In this document: in pieces, positions 51,446 to 64,000 of the stretch
Position numbering within the stretch: the first letter of the stretch is position 1
Layout: each line of letters begins with the position of its first letter
DNA from: Octopus vulgaris
Taxonomy: Eukaryota
Direction: 5' to 3'
Length of the DNA stretch: 64,000 nucleotides
Assembly (NCBI GenBank): GCA_951406725.2
Contig: OX597816.1
Coordinates: forward strand, 151,032,001 to 151,096,000
Program-made: the position numbers and the translations under genes
The notes under the pieces: generated by a model
Database searches by the model: none
Told to the model about the DNA's origin: nothing
Seen by the model: only the letters and a program-made list of their open reading frames with translations

Positions 51446-54400
51446 TGCAGATATTTTGTGCAGTACAATACAAATTCAGTATAGTTTAACTTGGAGAAAA
51501 AATTGTGCTGGACACATGCAGACAAATGTATATACATACATAAGCACTCCTCCCCCATCCCCAGTATTTCTCCCTTGATTGAAATGCTTTTTCTACTAAG
51601 AAACTTCATTCAGCTCAATTATTTCTATCAGCTATTGTCTGATAAGTTACTTTTGTGTTCTACCTCTTCACCAAAGGACTTACAATCCAACTGACTGCAA
51701 GAACTTTATTTCTTTATCTTGACGAAAAAGTCTTTGCTTGAAACATTGTTTCTTTTATTCTTCTTCCTCTGCCTGGATATTGAGATATATACCAGAAATA
51801 TTATTCTTCAATGTTTTTACTTATTTTTTGCTTATTTTAAAATAAATACTTTGTTTCATTCTGAAACAAAATATGTATAAGACTTTGTTTGTTTCATTCA
51901 GGAACAAAGTATTTATTACATATATCTGAGAAATATTTTCTAATTTGCTCAGGGAATTTATTTGCAAAAAAAACAAAATGATTTGCTTGCAACTGTTGTA
52001 GAATGTAATTTGTCTTCTAGTTATCACAGTGCATGAAAGTTTTATTTTTTGTTTTTTTATTTTCTTCTTAAAAATTTAATTTAATCAGAAAAATGATTCA
52101 GTTGGTACAAAAAAATGCTCATTGAAACAGAAAAAATGTGCAGCTTTAAACCCCCACTGTCTCCCATTCTCAAAATATGGTATTTGGTATCAACTTTGAC
52201 TGAATGTCTGAGTCAGTTGAATGTTCGGCAACCAACAACATTCCATCCAGTTATACTTCAAAACATTGATACTTGAAAGATGAAAGAAGCTAAATCTCGC
52301 CTGCTAGTTAAGAACTGCACCTATTTTCTTCTCATGACTGACACTTCATCACGTCATTTGTGGGGTTTCTCTCCTTCATTGTCGCTGTTACCAGTGCTGC
52401 TGCTGCCATCATCACTTATTATCAGACCCCCTACTGCTTCTACTATTTTCACCTTCACCATTATGGTGTTTAGTTTTGTATCAGATATGACCTAGATGTA
52501 ATTCATGAGGAAATTACATGTTATTCTCATATAATCATTTGTGACGTACATTGTTATATTCTAACAACAATGTATATTTTATTTGGGGTAGAAATTTTTT
52601 ACATTTTTAAGCCAATGAAATTGCCCAGTTTAAAAATAGCCAGATAATTTGAGTTGCTCAAATTTGAAATTAAATTTTAGTTTTGGTACATTTTCATTAA
52701 TTGTATGTTGTTCTGTAAAATTCTTTTGTTTACGAAGAATAGTCTCATTTCACAATTGTTTTGAATAATATTCTCATAGCTACCAAGAACAATAAGCAAT
52801 TGAGATTAAGTACCGTTTTCAGAAATTTGTATTATATACATTTTATTAATGTTTTTATTTTAATATTTTATTATTGGTCATATCACTGAAGACAGTGTCT
52901 TTGGATTTACTTGTGTTACAGTGCTAGCAAGTTAGTAACTCTTCTCTAGCCCTTCCCTAATTTTAGTTGGTTTGTGAGGTAAAAAAAACATTCTGCTAGA
53001 ATATGAAAACATTTTGGGTGAAGATTGCCAACTATTTTAACCAATAGGCATTTTTTCATAAAAGCAAAGAAGCAAAGGGAATTAGATATCTGAATAGTGG
53101 TTCAACTGTTTATTTTCCAGAACAGATATTTGTATATCTAAGCAAAGAGTATATTTCTGGGTAATATAATACAAGTACATATAAACACTAATCTTATTTC
53201 ATATTTTCTGCACTGATTATAAACATATGTACTGTCATTTATACATATCACATTTATTTTATGGTATTAATCTTACCTGATTGCAATGTTCTCCATTTTA
53301 TTTACCCATTGCCGACACTGCTTAATTTTACCAAGTAGGAAAATATGTACCTAACTGTCTGGCAAAATTACCTCTTAAATAGTCATATTTCTAGCAGGTT
53401 AAGCAACCATTTAGAACTCTTTAGTTGGGCCATAGACCTAAAGGGAATAAACTAGCAGGATTTTTTTTTTGTCATCATATTCTTGTTGAAATACACTGCT
53501 GTTGTTTCAGTTATGTTTGAAAATATTGGAGAATTTTTAAGCTGGTGTTTGGAACATCAATTAACATGAACTTTATATCATAGAACCTTGGGCGGTCTCA
53601 TCTCAGTACCAAAAGGGTTAATGATTAATCAGAGGATGAAGGATATTATCCAGAACTGTTTTCTAAGGCTTCTGAGACTGGTAGAAAGAAGGGAGGAAGA
53701 ATCCTCTTTAGTCTGAAGATCTAGCCTAAATGCTTGCAACAATGTCAACTCTGCTAAATTCAGCCAAGGGCCAGGTGGTAACATTATGTCAGAATGCATA
53801 TGATTTGAACTCTTTACTTAAAAGTACAATACCATATTAATGGTTGGTATATATGGTTCAGTGAGTTGCCCCACTATCTGCTTATCAATGCAAGTTATAA
53901 CCATTTTTACATACTAATATTTTAGTGGAAAATATTTCAACTTTATTTCTTTTATAAATCTGAGGATATAACTTTTTAAGAATCAATTTTTTCAACTCGA
54001 AGCAAGAAATAAAATACAGGTAAACTTTCCGGTGTGCTGAATATGCAACTCTCTTCCAATTCGTCATTGTAACAATTTCACTTGACTCACAATGCTTCAT
54101 CTTGTTTGGAAGAAGTATGGACCTTGTGCACTCTCATTTCTCCAATACTGCTTTATACAATTGAATTCCTATTGTATAAGATCAATCTGTGCTGGTGGCA
54201 GCTGCTACTGTTTTAATTATTTTGTAGTAAATACTGTAACTGTGGGTGTTTGAAATAAAATTTTCATTTCAATAAACCTTTTTGGCAGGTAATGAAGCTC
54301 AGTATGTATGTGGTCGACAAAATCTCCGACATTTTGTTTAATTACATCAAATCTCAGCAAGATTTCTTTAAAAGAATTTTTTTTTTTTACCTTTTTAATA

Positions 54401-54812
54401 GTTTTTGTTTTTGTCAACTTCTCTAGTTTAACTGAATGTGATAGTTATTTTAATAATGTAATTTTCCCTTGTATTTCTTTGTTAAAGATGTCTAATTATT
54501 CTTTTATTGCCATATACTATTATATTGATAAACTAATTTTTATCACACCCAATTGTAGTTGCTAACATTATCAAAAGAAAGAAATTATCAGTTAAACCTT
54601 TTGATACCAACCTGCCCAATACTACTTTTGGTTCTATTGTACAAACTTCTACATTTAAAGTCTAAATTAAAATTTCATGCTAATTTATTTTCCAAACATC
54701 AGTTTTTTTGTTTTTGCTGTATTTTTCATTATTTTCAAAATTAATTGAATCAAAGAGGATGTAGTTCAATAAAAATAAGATAACAAAAGGATTAAAAAAC
54801 TTTTCATACACA

Positions 54813-55640
54813 GCATCATCATTTAATGCCCATGTTCCATGCTGGCATGGGTTAGATGGTTTGATAGGAATCCAATGAGTTTAAGGACTTTTTCATGCTT
54901 GACTGTCTGCTTTGGTATGGTTTCTATGGCTAGATGCCCTTCCTAACACCAACCATTTTACATTATGTATTGGGTACTTTTCATGCCACTGGTACTTTTG
55001 AGGTAACCCTGTAGCTCACAGGTGTACAAACCCAAGGAGGGGATTTCTGTGTCTTTGTTGGATAAGAGCTAAGGTATGAAGGGTAAACATTGGGGTAGAG
55101 CAAGTTGTTGCTGTAGAGGAGCTACATGGCTACTCACATTTAGGAGAGAGAGAGAGTGAAAATGAATTATTGATATCTTGAAAGAGATAGTGGATGGTAC
55201 CTCAAGTAAGAGAGGTAATAGTGGGTAGGGTTTTCCAAGAGTGTATGGGGAAAGAAATAGAGTGAATGGAGAAGAGGGAGGTAGGTGGACAGAAAAGGCT
55301 TGAAAGGAGGAGGTGCCCAAGTTGGATGCTTGTGGCAGGATAGTAATGATGATGCCCTTGACCGGAGGTGAGGAGAAATGACATGTTTGGGTAGGCTGCA
55401 AGAGCAGAATAGAGAAATAGATAGGTGTAGCACATAAGAAGAGATAATTTTGAGGTCCAGAGAGATGGTTACTGTAACATGTGGGTGTGGCTGACAATAT
55501 TACTGAATGAAGAAAATGGCTAACAAATGAGAATGTTCTGGATAGTAAGAGTGAAAAGTGGTATTGAGAAGGGGAAGAGCTGTGATAGCGGGCAAGGTCA
55601 ACAGGAAGAGGGAATTGAGGTGCTCGTGTGTGTGTGTGTA
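54813..55640 (-). mobile_element. RTE-type tail plus GA-rich (+ strand) body
   Basis: catcatcatttaatg...ccatgctggcatgggttagatggtttga; body start homologous to 11210-11320. Confidence 0.55.
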
Positions 55641-56244
55641 CATATAATACATACCCATGCAGTGCTTCTAGAAACTGCTTTTCACTCTGAGAAAAGATCT
55701 TTGTCACTAAGTGTGATGAGTTCCCTGAACTTTTTCCAACCCATTCTTACTCAGGCTACTATGCATTCAGAGCAACCATCTCCCTTGCTGATGACATCTT
55801 TTAGTTAGGAAAAACTATCAACTACTAGTGAATCATCAAGGCATACTGCTGTTTGTGGAACACACTGTTCCAGTGCATCTGTCACATATGAGGCTTATGT
55901 TCACTGATAGTCTGCTTGTGATTCTGCTATATCTTTACTAAGTTTACCATAAGACCTTTCAACTCCAGGTTTAGCTTCCATGCCTGATGTTTCCTTTCGA
56001 ATTCCATTATAGATTCAGCTATGAGAATTAGGTCATCAGCATATTAGAGTTCCCATGGACAGTCTTAAATGCCTCTGATGGCCTGTAGGATTGTGGTGAA
56101 TAGGAGGGGACTGAAAACTGAGCATTGATGGACTGCAACTATTACACTAAAATCCTCACTGAAACAATCTCAACATAACATCACTGCTTTTGTGTTCAGT
56201 TTCTAGTGAAAACACCAAGCATTCACACAGACCTATGTGTGTGC

Positions 56245-56288
<44 letters not shown>

Positions 56289-56310
56289 TCACACACACAC
56301 ACACACATGG

Positions 56311-56382
56311 CTGAACCTAAAAACACATGGTTGTGAAGCAACCATATTGAACCTAAAACCACATGATTGTGAAGCAACCATA
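56311..56382. repeat. Tandem duplication, 2 x ~36 bp
   Basis: tgaacctaaaa.cacatg.ttgtgaagcaaccata occurs twice. Confidence 0.8.
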
Positions 56383-59089
56383 TGTCATCATTAACAGCAT
56401 CCAATGATATTTCATCTTACCCACCTGTTTTTTATCTTAAAAAGTTTGCATGCCTTTTTTGTCTATATTCATGTAATTATTTATGCATATTTTACCACAT
56501 GCAAAAATATATAGGTAAAGGGTTTCAGTCTTTTATCTTCTTGACTATGTGTATTCAAGTGTGCACATTCCAAAGATAATTACCTTAAAAAAATTATTGC
56601 AAATTTGTTTAATATGTATGTATATGAATTACACTAATAGTGTAGTTATATTATAGTTACAACCTTAGGTTAAGGAAAACATTTGATCCAAAGGTAGGTT
56701 TTCCTGATTTGGGGTCATTTTAAGTGCTCTCAATTGAATCACATTGCTTTAAGCACTCACTGTAGTTACATAGACACTTCACAAATATTATTAGGCAAAG
56801 AATATGATGAATCTGTTGTAGAAAAGGAAATGCATTATTTCCTAATTCAGCACCGAAAATGTTGATGTTGTTTTGAACAAATCCACATTGTTCCTATCCC
56901 TGTTTCTAGTAAATGTTTTCAATAATGATATTTGAATTAGTCATTCAGAAACACAATGGGATGGGGGCCTGAAAATTCATGACCCCATGGGCCAGGTGTC
57001 TGGCAAGTTAGCCTTTTGTGTGTCTTTTGTACTTTTAGTAAAAGTACAGCATGACACCAAAAAAGTTGTACTAAAGTGATTATAACTTATTTCAAGCAGC
57101 TGCTAGTCTGATTTGTAAGTTAGTATCTAAGAATTATATTTCCATTCAATAGTAATGCTACAATGCTTAGAACATGAGAATTAGGCTTTAAAAGTATCTA
57201 CTAAAATCAATTTTAGATGGTTATTGTGGGACAAATTTTGTTACTTTACATTATGAGAAACATTGGTATGTATGACTGAATGCATTTGTAGGAAGCTTCA
57301 ACTGCTGAAATCAGAAAAACTGAACAATAATGCTGCGGTGATGAGTTATGGGTAAAAACAGCCAAGGAAAACTGAGAGTGGTCTGTATGTATTGACAAAA
57401 ATTGTAAAGTTGATGTAGTTTGGATTAGTTTGTATGTCATGGGATGGAAGGAGTCTGTTGTTTCTGGGGTGTCATTTCATCTGAGTGAGAGAGTGTTCAA
57501 ACTTTTGAGCTGTAATAAAGTTTATAGTTCAATATAAAGATAAGAGTTTAGAATGTAATCAGTGAAGTGACTAATGTGATTGACTCTTCAATGCAGAGGA
57601 ATAGGAAATTATAGAATAAATACTTGTGACATTTTAATTTGGCTATCAAAGAATATTCCTTTGTCTGGGAAGACAAAAGCACTGCTGCCACAAGTTCTGC
57701 AATTCAAAAAAAATTAATTATTCACCACATTAAGTGTAAGTCAGTCCTTAATATGACTGAGGTTGGAAATGGTAACAGGAACATATTCTCATTTATACAA
57801 TTCTGAATGGTATCTTTTATTCAGTATTTAGTCACAGATGTTTGACATAGAAATAAATCTTTGGCATTCTCACAGTTGTGCATTTTAAATACATAAGATT
57901 GAGTGTAATAGTCTGAACCTGTGATTTCACTATTTCTGTTTTGATTTCTCTTACAATAATCAATAAATAGAGAATAACTTTTATCTAGATTGTAGGCGTT
58001 TGTGATATTTGGTTCTTTACATTATGAATGCTAAGGCAGGTGGGGCAAACTTTGTTTTTAGCTGACAAGATAGTCTCTTGTGAGAAATATTTAAAGGAAA
58101 GTAAAGGGAAACTACAGTTCCATGAAAAGTATATAGTTCTTAAGGAAGTTGTTCATTGATTTAAGGGCCTAAAGAATCTGGAAATAATAAAAGTATGAAT
58201 AAGGATTTTATAATGTAACAGATAATCTACAAATGTTTATCTCCAGCAAGTCTTAATTTCAAATTGAAATAGAACCTGTGATGATTTGGTTCCACTGTAT
58301 ATTATTTTGTTTTTGAGGTTTCATATCTGCACAGGCATTTAGAAAAGCAATACAACACATTAAATAAGATCAATACAATAATTGGTCAATTAACTTTAGA
58401 ATAACTGAGTGGATTGAGAGGTGTTGTACATGGAGTGGTGAGAGGTTAAATAAGAGAAAATTGTGTATGGAGGAGAATGATAAAGTGGGATGAGGTGAAA
58501 ACAGGAAGGGGGATAAGAGGAAAGAAGTTAAAGAGGGAAAAAAATAAGGGGATAGGTAAGAAACAGTGGTGAGGAAGATAGAGATGTAGTATGAAAAGGG
58601 TGAAGAAAAGAAAAGGAATGGGATATGTGAGTGGTTTGGGGAAAAGGGTGGGGAAAACCTTTTTGGAGAGGCATGGGAATCAATGAGTGATGGAGGTGAA
58701 GGAGAGTGGCAATAAGAAAGGAAGTTAGGAAAGGGAGTGGTGAGATAATGAAAAAGAAAAGAGGAAATAAGAAAAAATGTCATGTCGCCAATTAAAGAAA
58801 TCAATGACAGTAATGAAACAATCCAGTGATATCATGTAGTCAGTTTGTTATTGGATAGGTTTTAAAATGGATATCTCCCCCTGCCCCCACATCCTTTTGT
58901 GGACTACAGAAGTCAATAGGGTCTGGGATTTAATTCCTTTTTGTAACATTAAATGGATAAGAAACAAATCAACCATCCACTTGAACAGGACACCAATTCC
59001 GTACATTGAATTAAATGTCCTGCTCAGAGAATACAACACTTGCAAGGGATTTGAACTTACTCTTCTCAGCTCCTCTTTCAACTCTTCTC

Positions 59090-59093
<4 letters not shown>

Positions 59094-59154
<61 letters not shown>
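59094..59154. repeat. (TC)n microsatellite
   Basis: Direct tandem repeats. Confidence 0.95.
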
Positions 59155-59158
<4 letters not shown>

Positions 59159-61177
59159 AATATTATGATTACCCAGTTCATCTCATTAATTTAAGAGAAA
59201 ACAAAAAGCATTTGATTGAGGTAACATCAATTGCAAGATTACATGAGCTAAAGAAACTTGCTTGCTATGGTCATCAAAAGCTGATACTAAATAATACAAC
59301 TTCATTTTAACTCATGGGGATGTATCCTACCCCATCACCTAGCCAACTACTGACACATAAAATTAGTGTCCTTTGTATTAATTTTTGAACTGACAATGGT
59401 CTTAAGGCCACTGATGCCAGAGCTCAGATATTTTTTAAAACAAGTTTATGCCCCCTAATTCCAGATATACCAAATAAGCCAGTGAATAATTAATAAAACA
59501 TATACAATTTAGTTTTGAAATTTTTGTTGGAAAAATTTTTTTGAATAGTCAAGTTGAGGGCTAACCACAAATTTCTGATAAAAGCAATAAAATATCAAAC
59601 CATGTAAAAAAAAAAAGTAATTTTACATTAGAGAATAATCAAATGCATATCCATTACCCACTTATTGTTTCCAGCCAGTGGTTGAGGCTATGCTGGTGTA
59701 CTGCCATTAGATAGCAAAATATCTTCTATCCTATCTCAGGGTTTTAAAAATTATTAGAAAATTATTTCAATTAATTTCCTTATTTTACTTAATTTTGGTA
59801 CAAGCTAATTTCTTGTATGTTACACATGCTCTTGGAAAAGCCATGAACATCACAATATTTTAGCTATTCCTCTTCCTAAAATAAAAGTAGATTGATCATT
59901 TATGCAGTATTAAGTTTTCTTTTGGTGAGAACACTACAACTTTTGAGAACTAGGTTGGGTTTTGAGGAAAATAGCTGCCACTCCCTTTTCATAGCTGAAT
60001 GGTTATTGGTAGGAAGTGTTACATACATAATTCAAATGTGTAGCAGTTCTCTTGCCTTGTGGAAAAAGAAATATCATCATCATCATCATTTAGCGTCCGC
60101 TATATATCCAAAATAAATTTTAGAACAAAACAGAAAAGAAAGAAAGACTCAAGAAGATAAAGTACACAGTTATGCTATTAGGAAGGGACAGAGGGTTCAA
60201 TATTTTGGACACTTGTCCTTTGTTAAGAACCATTGATAAAGAAAAGAAAGAGATAAAAGAAATATTGCTTAAACTAAATCCAGTATGGTGGAGGAATAGC
60301 AAAAGTGAATAGCATGGAAGTATGCAGAATGATAAGCAAGATGTATGTGTGGGTGTAAAGGAGTGTTTATCACCAGCTTGTGTGTAATATAAGTTCTGGG
60401 GAATGGGGTGGGGGATGATGTTGAGAATAGCAACATGGTTATTGGTCACAGTTGCGAAAGTTATGTATGATAATTGAGTAATGTATAATAATTTGTACAT
60501 AGTGGTGGGGGTGTAGCAATGTTTGGGAGGCAGTTTTCCTAAAGGAAAATGTGATTATTAATTCCAGTTGGGATTAATAATTAGCTGTTGTTCACAGTAC
60601 AAATGGGTGACAGAAGGTCCACAATGGGTCTGCTTGCAGATAGAAATCTTTGGAAAGAGAAACAGGTGAGCATGAGGATGAATTCAGCAAAGTGGTGGAT
60701 AGTGGGGATGCTGAACTTGAAAGTTTAGGACTAGGAGGCCATCATCTTTGGGATGAGTATAAAGGGATTGAACTGTGGAAAGAACCTGAAAGAGGCAGAA
60801 GGCATGGTTGGTATCATGAATATATACTGGAAAGTCAGCAATCAAAACAGGAGTATTGGCTTAATAGATTTTAGGGTGACCATAGATGATTAAGTTACAT
60901 GATGTACTATGTGGGAAGATGAGTTGGTTGTATGGGACATGGTCAGATGGCAGTTTCTGGTAGAATTGGCTGTAAAATAATCCATTCTGTATACACTTCC
61001 ACTGCTCATTCACTATGCTGTATTAAGTTTTAAATATCTGGTCTCATTCTACATTTTTTGTCTTTAAATTCTTGTGAGACAAGTGTCTGAAATATTGAAC
61101 CATTCCCTGCAGTGAAAATTATTTACCAAATAGTTTTGCTCTCTCTCTCTCTCTCCTGAAGTTTTCTGTTGCCACAA

Positions 61178-61350
61178 GCTGATGCAGTGCTATGTAAAAG
61201 CACTTAGCACACTCTGTAAAGTGGTTGGCACCAGGAAGGGTATCCAGCTATAGAAACCATGCCAAATCAAACTGGAGTCTGGTGCAGCTCCCCAGCTTAC
61301 CTGCTCTGGTCAAACAAACCCATGGACAACAAATTTTAAATGATGATCAT
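61178..61350 (+). mobile_element. RTE-type 3' tail repeat
   Basis: atgtaaaagcac...ctgtaaagtggttggca..aggaagggtatccagctatagaaaccatgcc. Confidence 0.7.
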
Positions 61351-64000
61351 ATATATATTCAGCTTCAAGATGATGAAAACCTTTTTGTTTAGTAGCACCT
61401 GCCAAGATAAAATATAATCTGGCTTACCAGATCCAGTCAGACCCATGCTAGCATAGAAAATAGATGCTAATTGATGATGAATCATGAGTCTACCATATGT
61501 TGTCATTCAACCTGCTGGAACTAACAGCTAAATCTCAGTCCACTCTCACTCTACCTTCTTAAAAACATTGGATAATGTAGTCATGAGGTATATTGATTCT
61601 TGAAAAGATGGCATGATGGGGATGATTGAAATTTTATTTGGTCATAGTCTGCTAAATCAAGAACAATTCAGGAGATAAATAGCAAGTATGTCTGAAGAAT
61701 TTGGACTTCAAAAGACCTGTATCTGTTATAAAGTTTGTTGGTAGAGATTTATTTGCATCATACAGCAGATCTGGTTCTTTTTAATTTGTTACTATTAGGT
61801 TTCCTATTTTGTTTTGTGAGTGAACTTGACAGTTTAGAATATGGAAGTAGGGAGAAATGCAAATGTAATATTTGTGCTTTTCTGAAAAATATTAGTTTCA
61901 TAAGTTAAAGAGTAAATCAAAATCTTGTTAACTTAGCTTTTTATTGACTTCATAGATGTACACCTGATTTTAAACAGCTACTTTTTATCATAGAATATAA
62001 ATAAAATTTGCTGCATATGGCTTTGGTAAATGCTCTTTTAAGTGTTTAACTCAGAAATCAAAAGTGGGTTGTGGATTGAGCTTACCAGGAGCTTACTCTG
62101 TATAAGGCACGCAGTAGTACCATATATTTGATTGGTACTTTTTTTTCTGTCTAGACAAGGAAATACTGTTCGTAAAGGCAAATATACAATTTCTATTATT
62201 GAACACTAGTATTGTAGTCATCCTTGCTTTATCAAATAGGAGGAATGCTAAGCAAAATAGATCTGTGACATTTGGACCCAGAAGTCTGAGGCCAAATTTT
62301 GGATAGTATGATATACTCAATCTGACTTTTTGCTAGTCTGTTATCTCTTCCACAATTATTTTTTAGTGATGTGCAAAAATTGATATTTTAAATTCAGATA
62401 TTTAAATTTCTAACACTATTACAAGCAAATATCACTGCTCACTACACTAGATTATTTTATGCAAGCTGCTATATTATAGGCATGTATCCAAACCACTTGC
62501 AACAGGTGGCTTATCATCACATACAAAAAACTTTTATCAATACTTCATGGAAATATTTTCTCACTCTAAAGCATTTGTTTATCTCAATTGAATTTAGCAC
62601 ATAGCTTTTCAGTCTTTTTTTTTTAAGGTGACCTATAATCACCTGACAAAATTATATCTACACAATGTTCAGTTTTTTAAAAAAAACAATAGTTATGTAA
62701 TTGGAGTATCTGCAATTTTTCATTGCTAGCATTCCAGTTCAAAAACCCTGAAATATTAGAGTAACACTTCTGAAAGATTTTTATTGTTCTTTCTTATCCA
62801 TAAACTAGTGCTCAATTGTGGTTTTATGATACTGAATATGGAATATGATACAAAATATGGAATAAATCATCAGTCAGAACAATTACTGGTGTAGCATGTG
62901 TTTCATAGAATTCTCAAGATGGTTTGAGTGTTAGAGGTTTCAGCTGTTAAGGATGAGTGACAATGAATCAGAAATGATTGTTCTCTTGGTTTTATTATGT
63001 TCATGCTATAAGAGAGAGTTGGAAATATTACTTTCCAATTTTGATTTGAAAGCTTGATGGACACTGATATTGTATCTGATACAGCTGCTATAACATGTTC
63101 ATTGACCTATCTTTGTAAAAGATTATAAGAAAAAAAGAAGAAAAACGTATCTATAGAGTAAATTACAGAGTAGTACAGAGTGTTTCTTTCTGTACACCTT
63201 TGAAAACCAGATGGTTATTATTAGCTCCATGTCAGCTCTTATCAAGCAGGCAGACATATGATTGAAGGCACTCCAGCCATTTTTTTCTTTTTTTTAAGGT
63301 AGTTTATCTAGCTTATTTAAATTTAGGTATGCATTTTCTTTTTGTAATTTTTTCTATTTAGATTTGTCAGTTGTGCAATTAAATATTATAAGAAAACCTT
63401 TTACCTACTTCTATTAAATTTCTTGTAAGTATGGTAAATATCACTTATCTAGTTATGAAAATACTACATTTGCTGCCATTAACTTTTCACTTTCTTAGAA
63501 ACATACAATTTTGATAGGGGTTTCTTTATCAACTCCTTCATTTGTCTGGTTTTATCTGTCATATATTTTCTAGACAAGCTGAACTAAAATTTAAAAAAAT
63601 GTTTGCACCTTTTTACTAATTTATAGTGCTGTAGTTGTCATCAACCATGAATTACTCTTGTACTTGAACCTCGGTCTTTGGATGTTACACACTCCTAGAT
63701 GTTGAGATTGTCAACATTAAGAATTTATTTTTTCATAATGGCTTAACACCTGTGGAATTGGCACAGCCTCCAAACTGGTAGGTGAGGTTAAGAAACCTCA
63801 ACTATAGGTTTCTGCATCAATATACCAAATTCTCTTCAGTCCAAATACGTTCAAAAGGTTTGATGTTAAATCAGATAAATGCTTCCATAAAATTTAGTGT
63901 ACCCAGTTTCATTTTATGTGACTTGACTGAGGCTATGATAAAAAAAGTTAAACAAGGTGTTACTCACTAGGATCAAACTGAGAACCATGTTATTGTAAAG

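Larger units (their letters stand above)
31943..64000 (+). other. Ras intron (more than 32 kb, extends beyond the window)
   Basis: No exon encoding (A)GGVGKSALT found downstream by eye; CpG-depleted sequence containing repeats. Confidence 0.6.

Noticed and set aside
53885-54417. Two short minus-strand ORFs, possibly a transposon relic
   Set aside because: No recognisable motif.
55069-55707. 212-aa minus-strand ORF (also 58370-58804)
   Set aside because: Low-complexity S/L/P/F translation of purine/pyrimidine-biased repeat sequence.

Overview
AT-rich, repeat-dense animal genomic DNA. The SINE/RTE repertoire and abundant microsatellites suggest an octopus or other coleoid cephalopod (inference). 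Almost all ORFs in the supplied track are microsatellite or transposon artefacts. The one host gene I can support is the 5' end of a Ras GTPase on the + strand. It has a CpG-rich promoter (~30.2-31 kb), a probable non-coding exon ending at 31056, and an exon at 31784-31942 whose coding part is only 31 nt (MTEYKLVVVG + G). That exon is followed by an intron of more than 32 kb that runs off the window. The rest is mobile DNA: tRNA/CORE-type SINEs, RTE and R4/Dong LINE fragments, a decayed pogo/Tigger transposon, Helitrons and several MITEs. The most interesting signal is at least three unrelated short, ORF-less element families anchored in (TA)n/(TATG)n microsatellites. Each carries a minimal type I hammerhead ribozyme motif (CUGANGA...GAAAC-palindrome-GUH), often in long inverted (foldback) arrangements, as in Penelope pseudo-LTRs or retrozymes. 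Two further elements show the same topology with a non-canonical core. All alignments and folds were done by eye; no searches were run.
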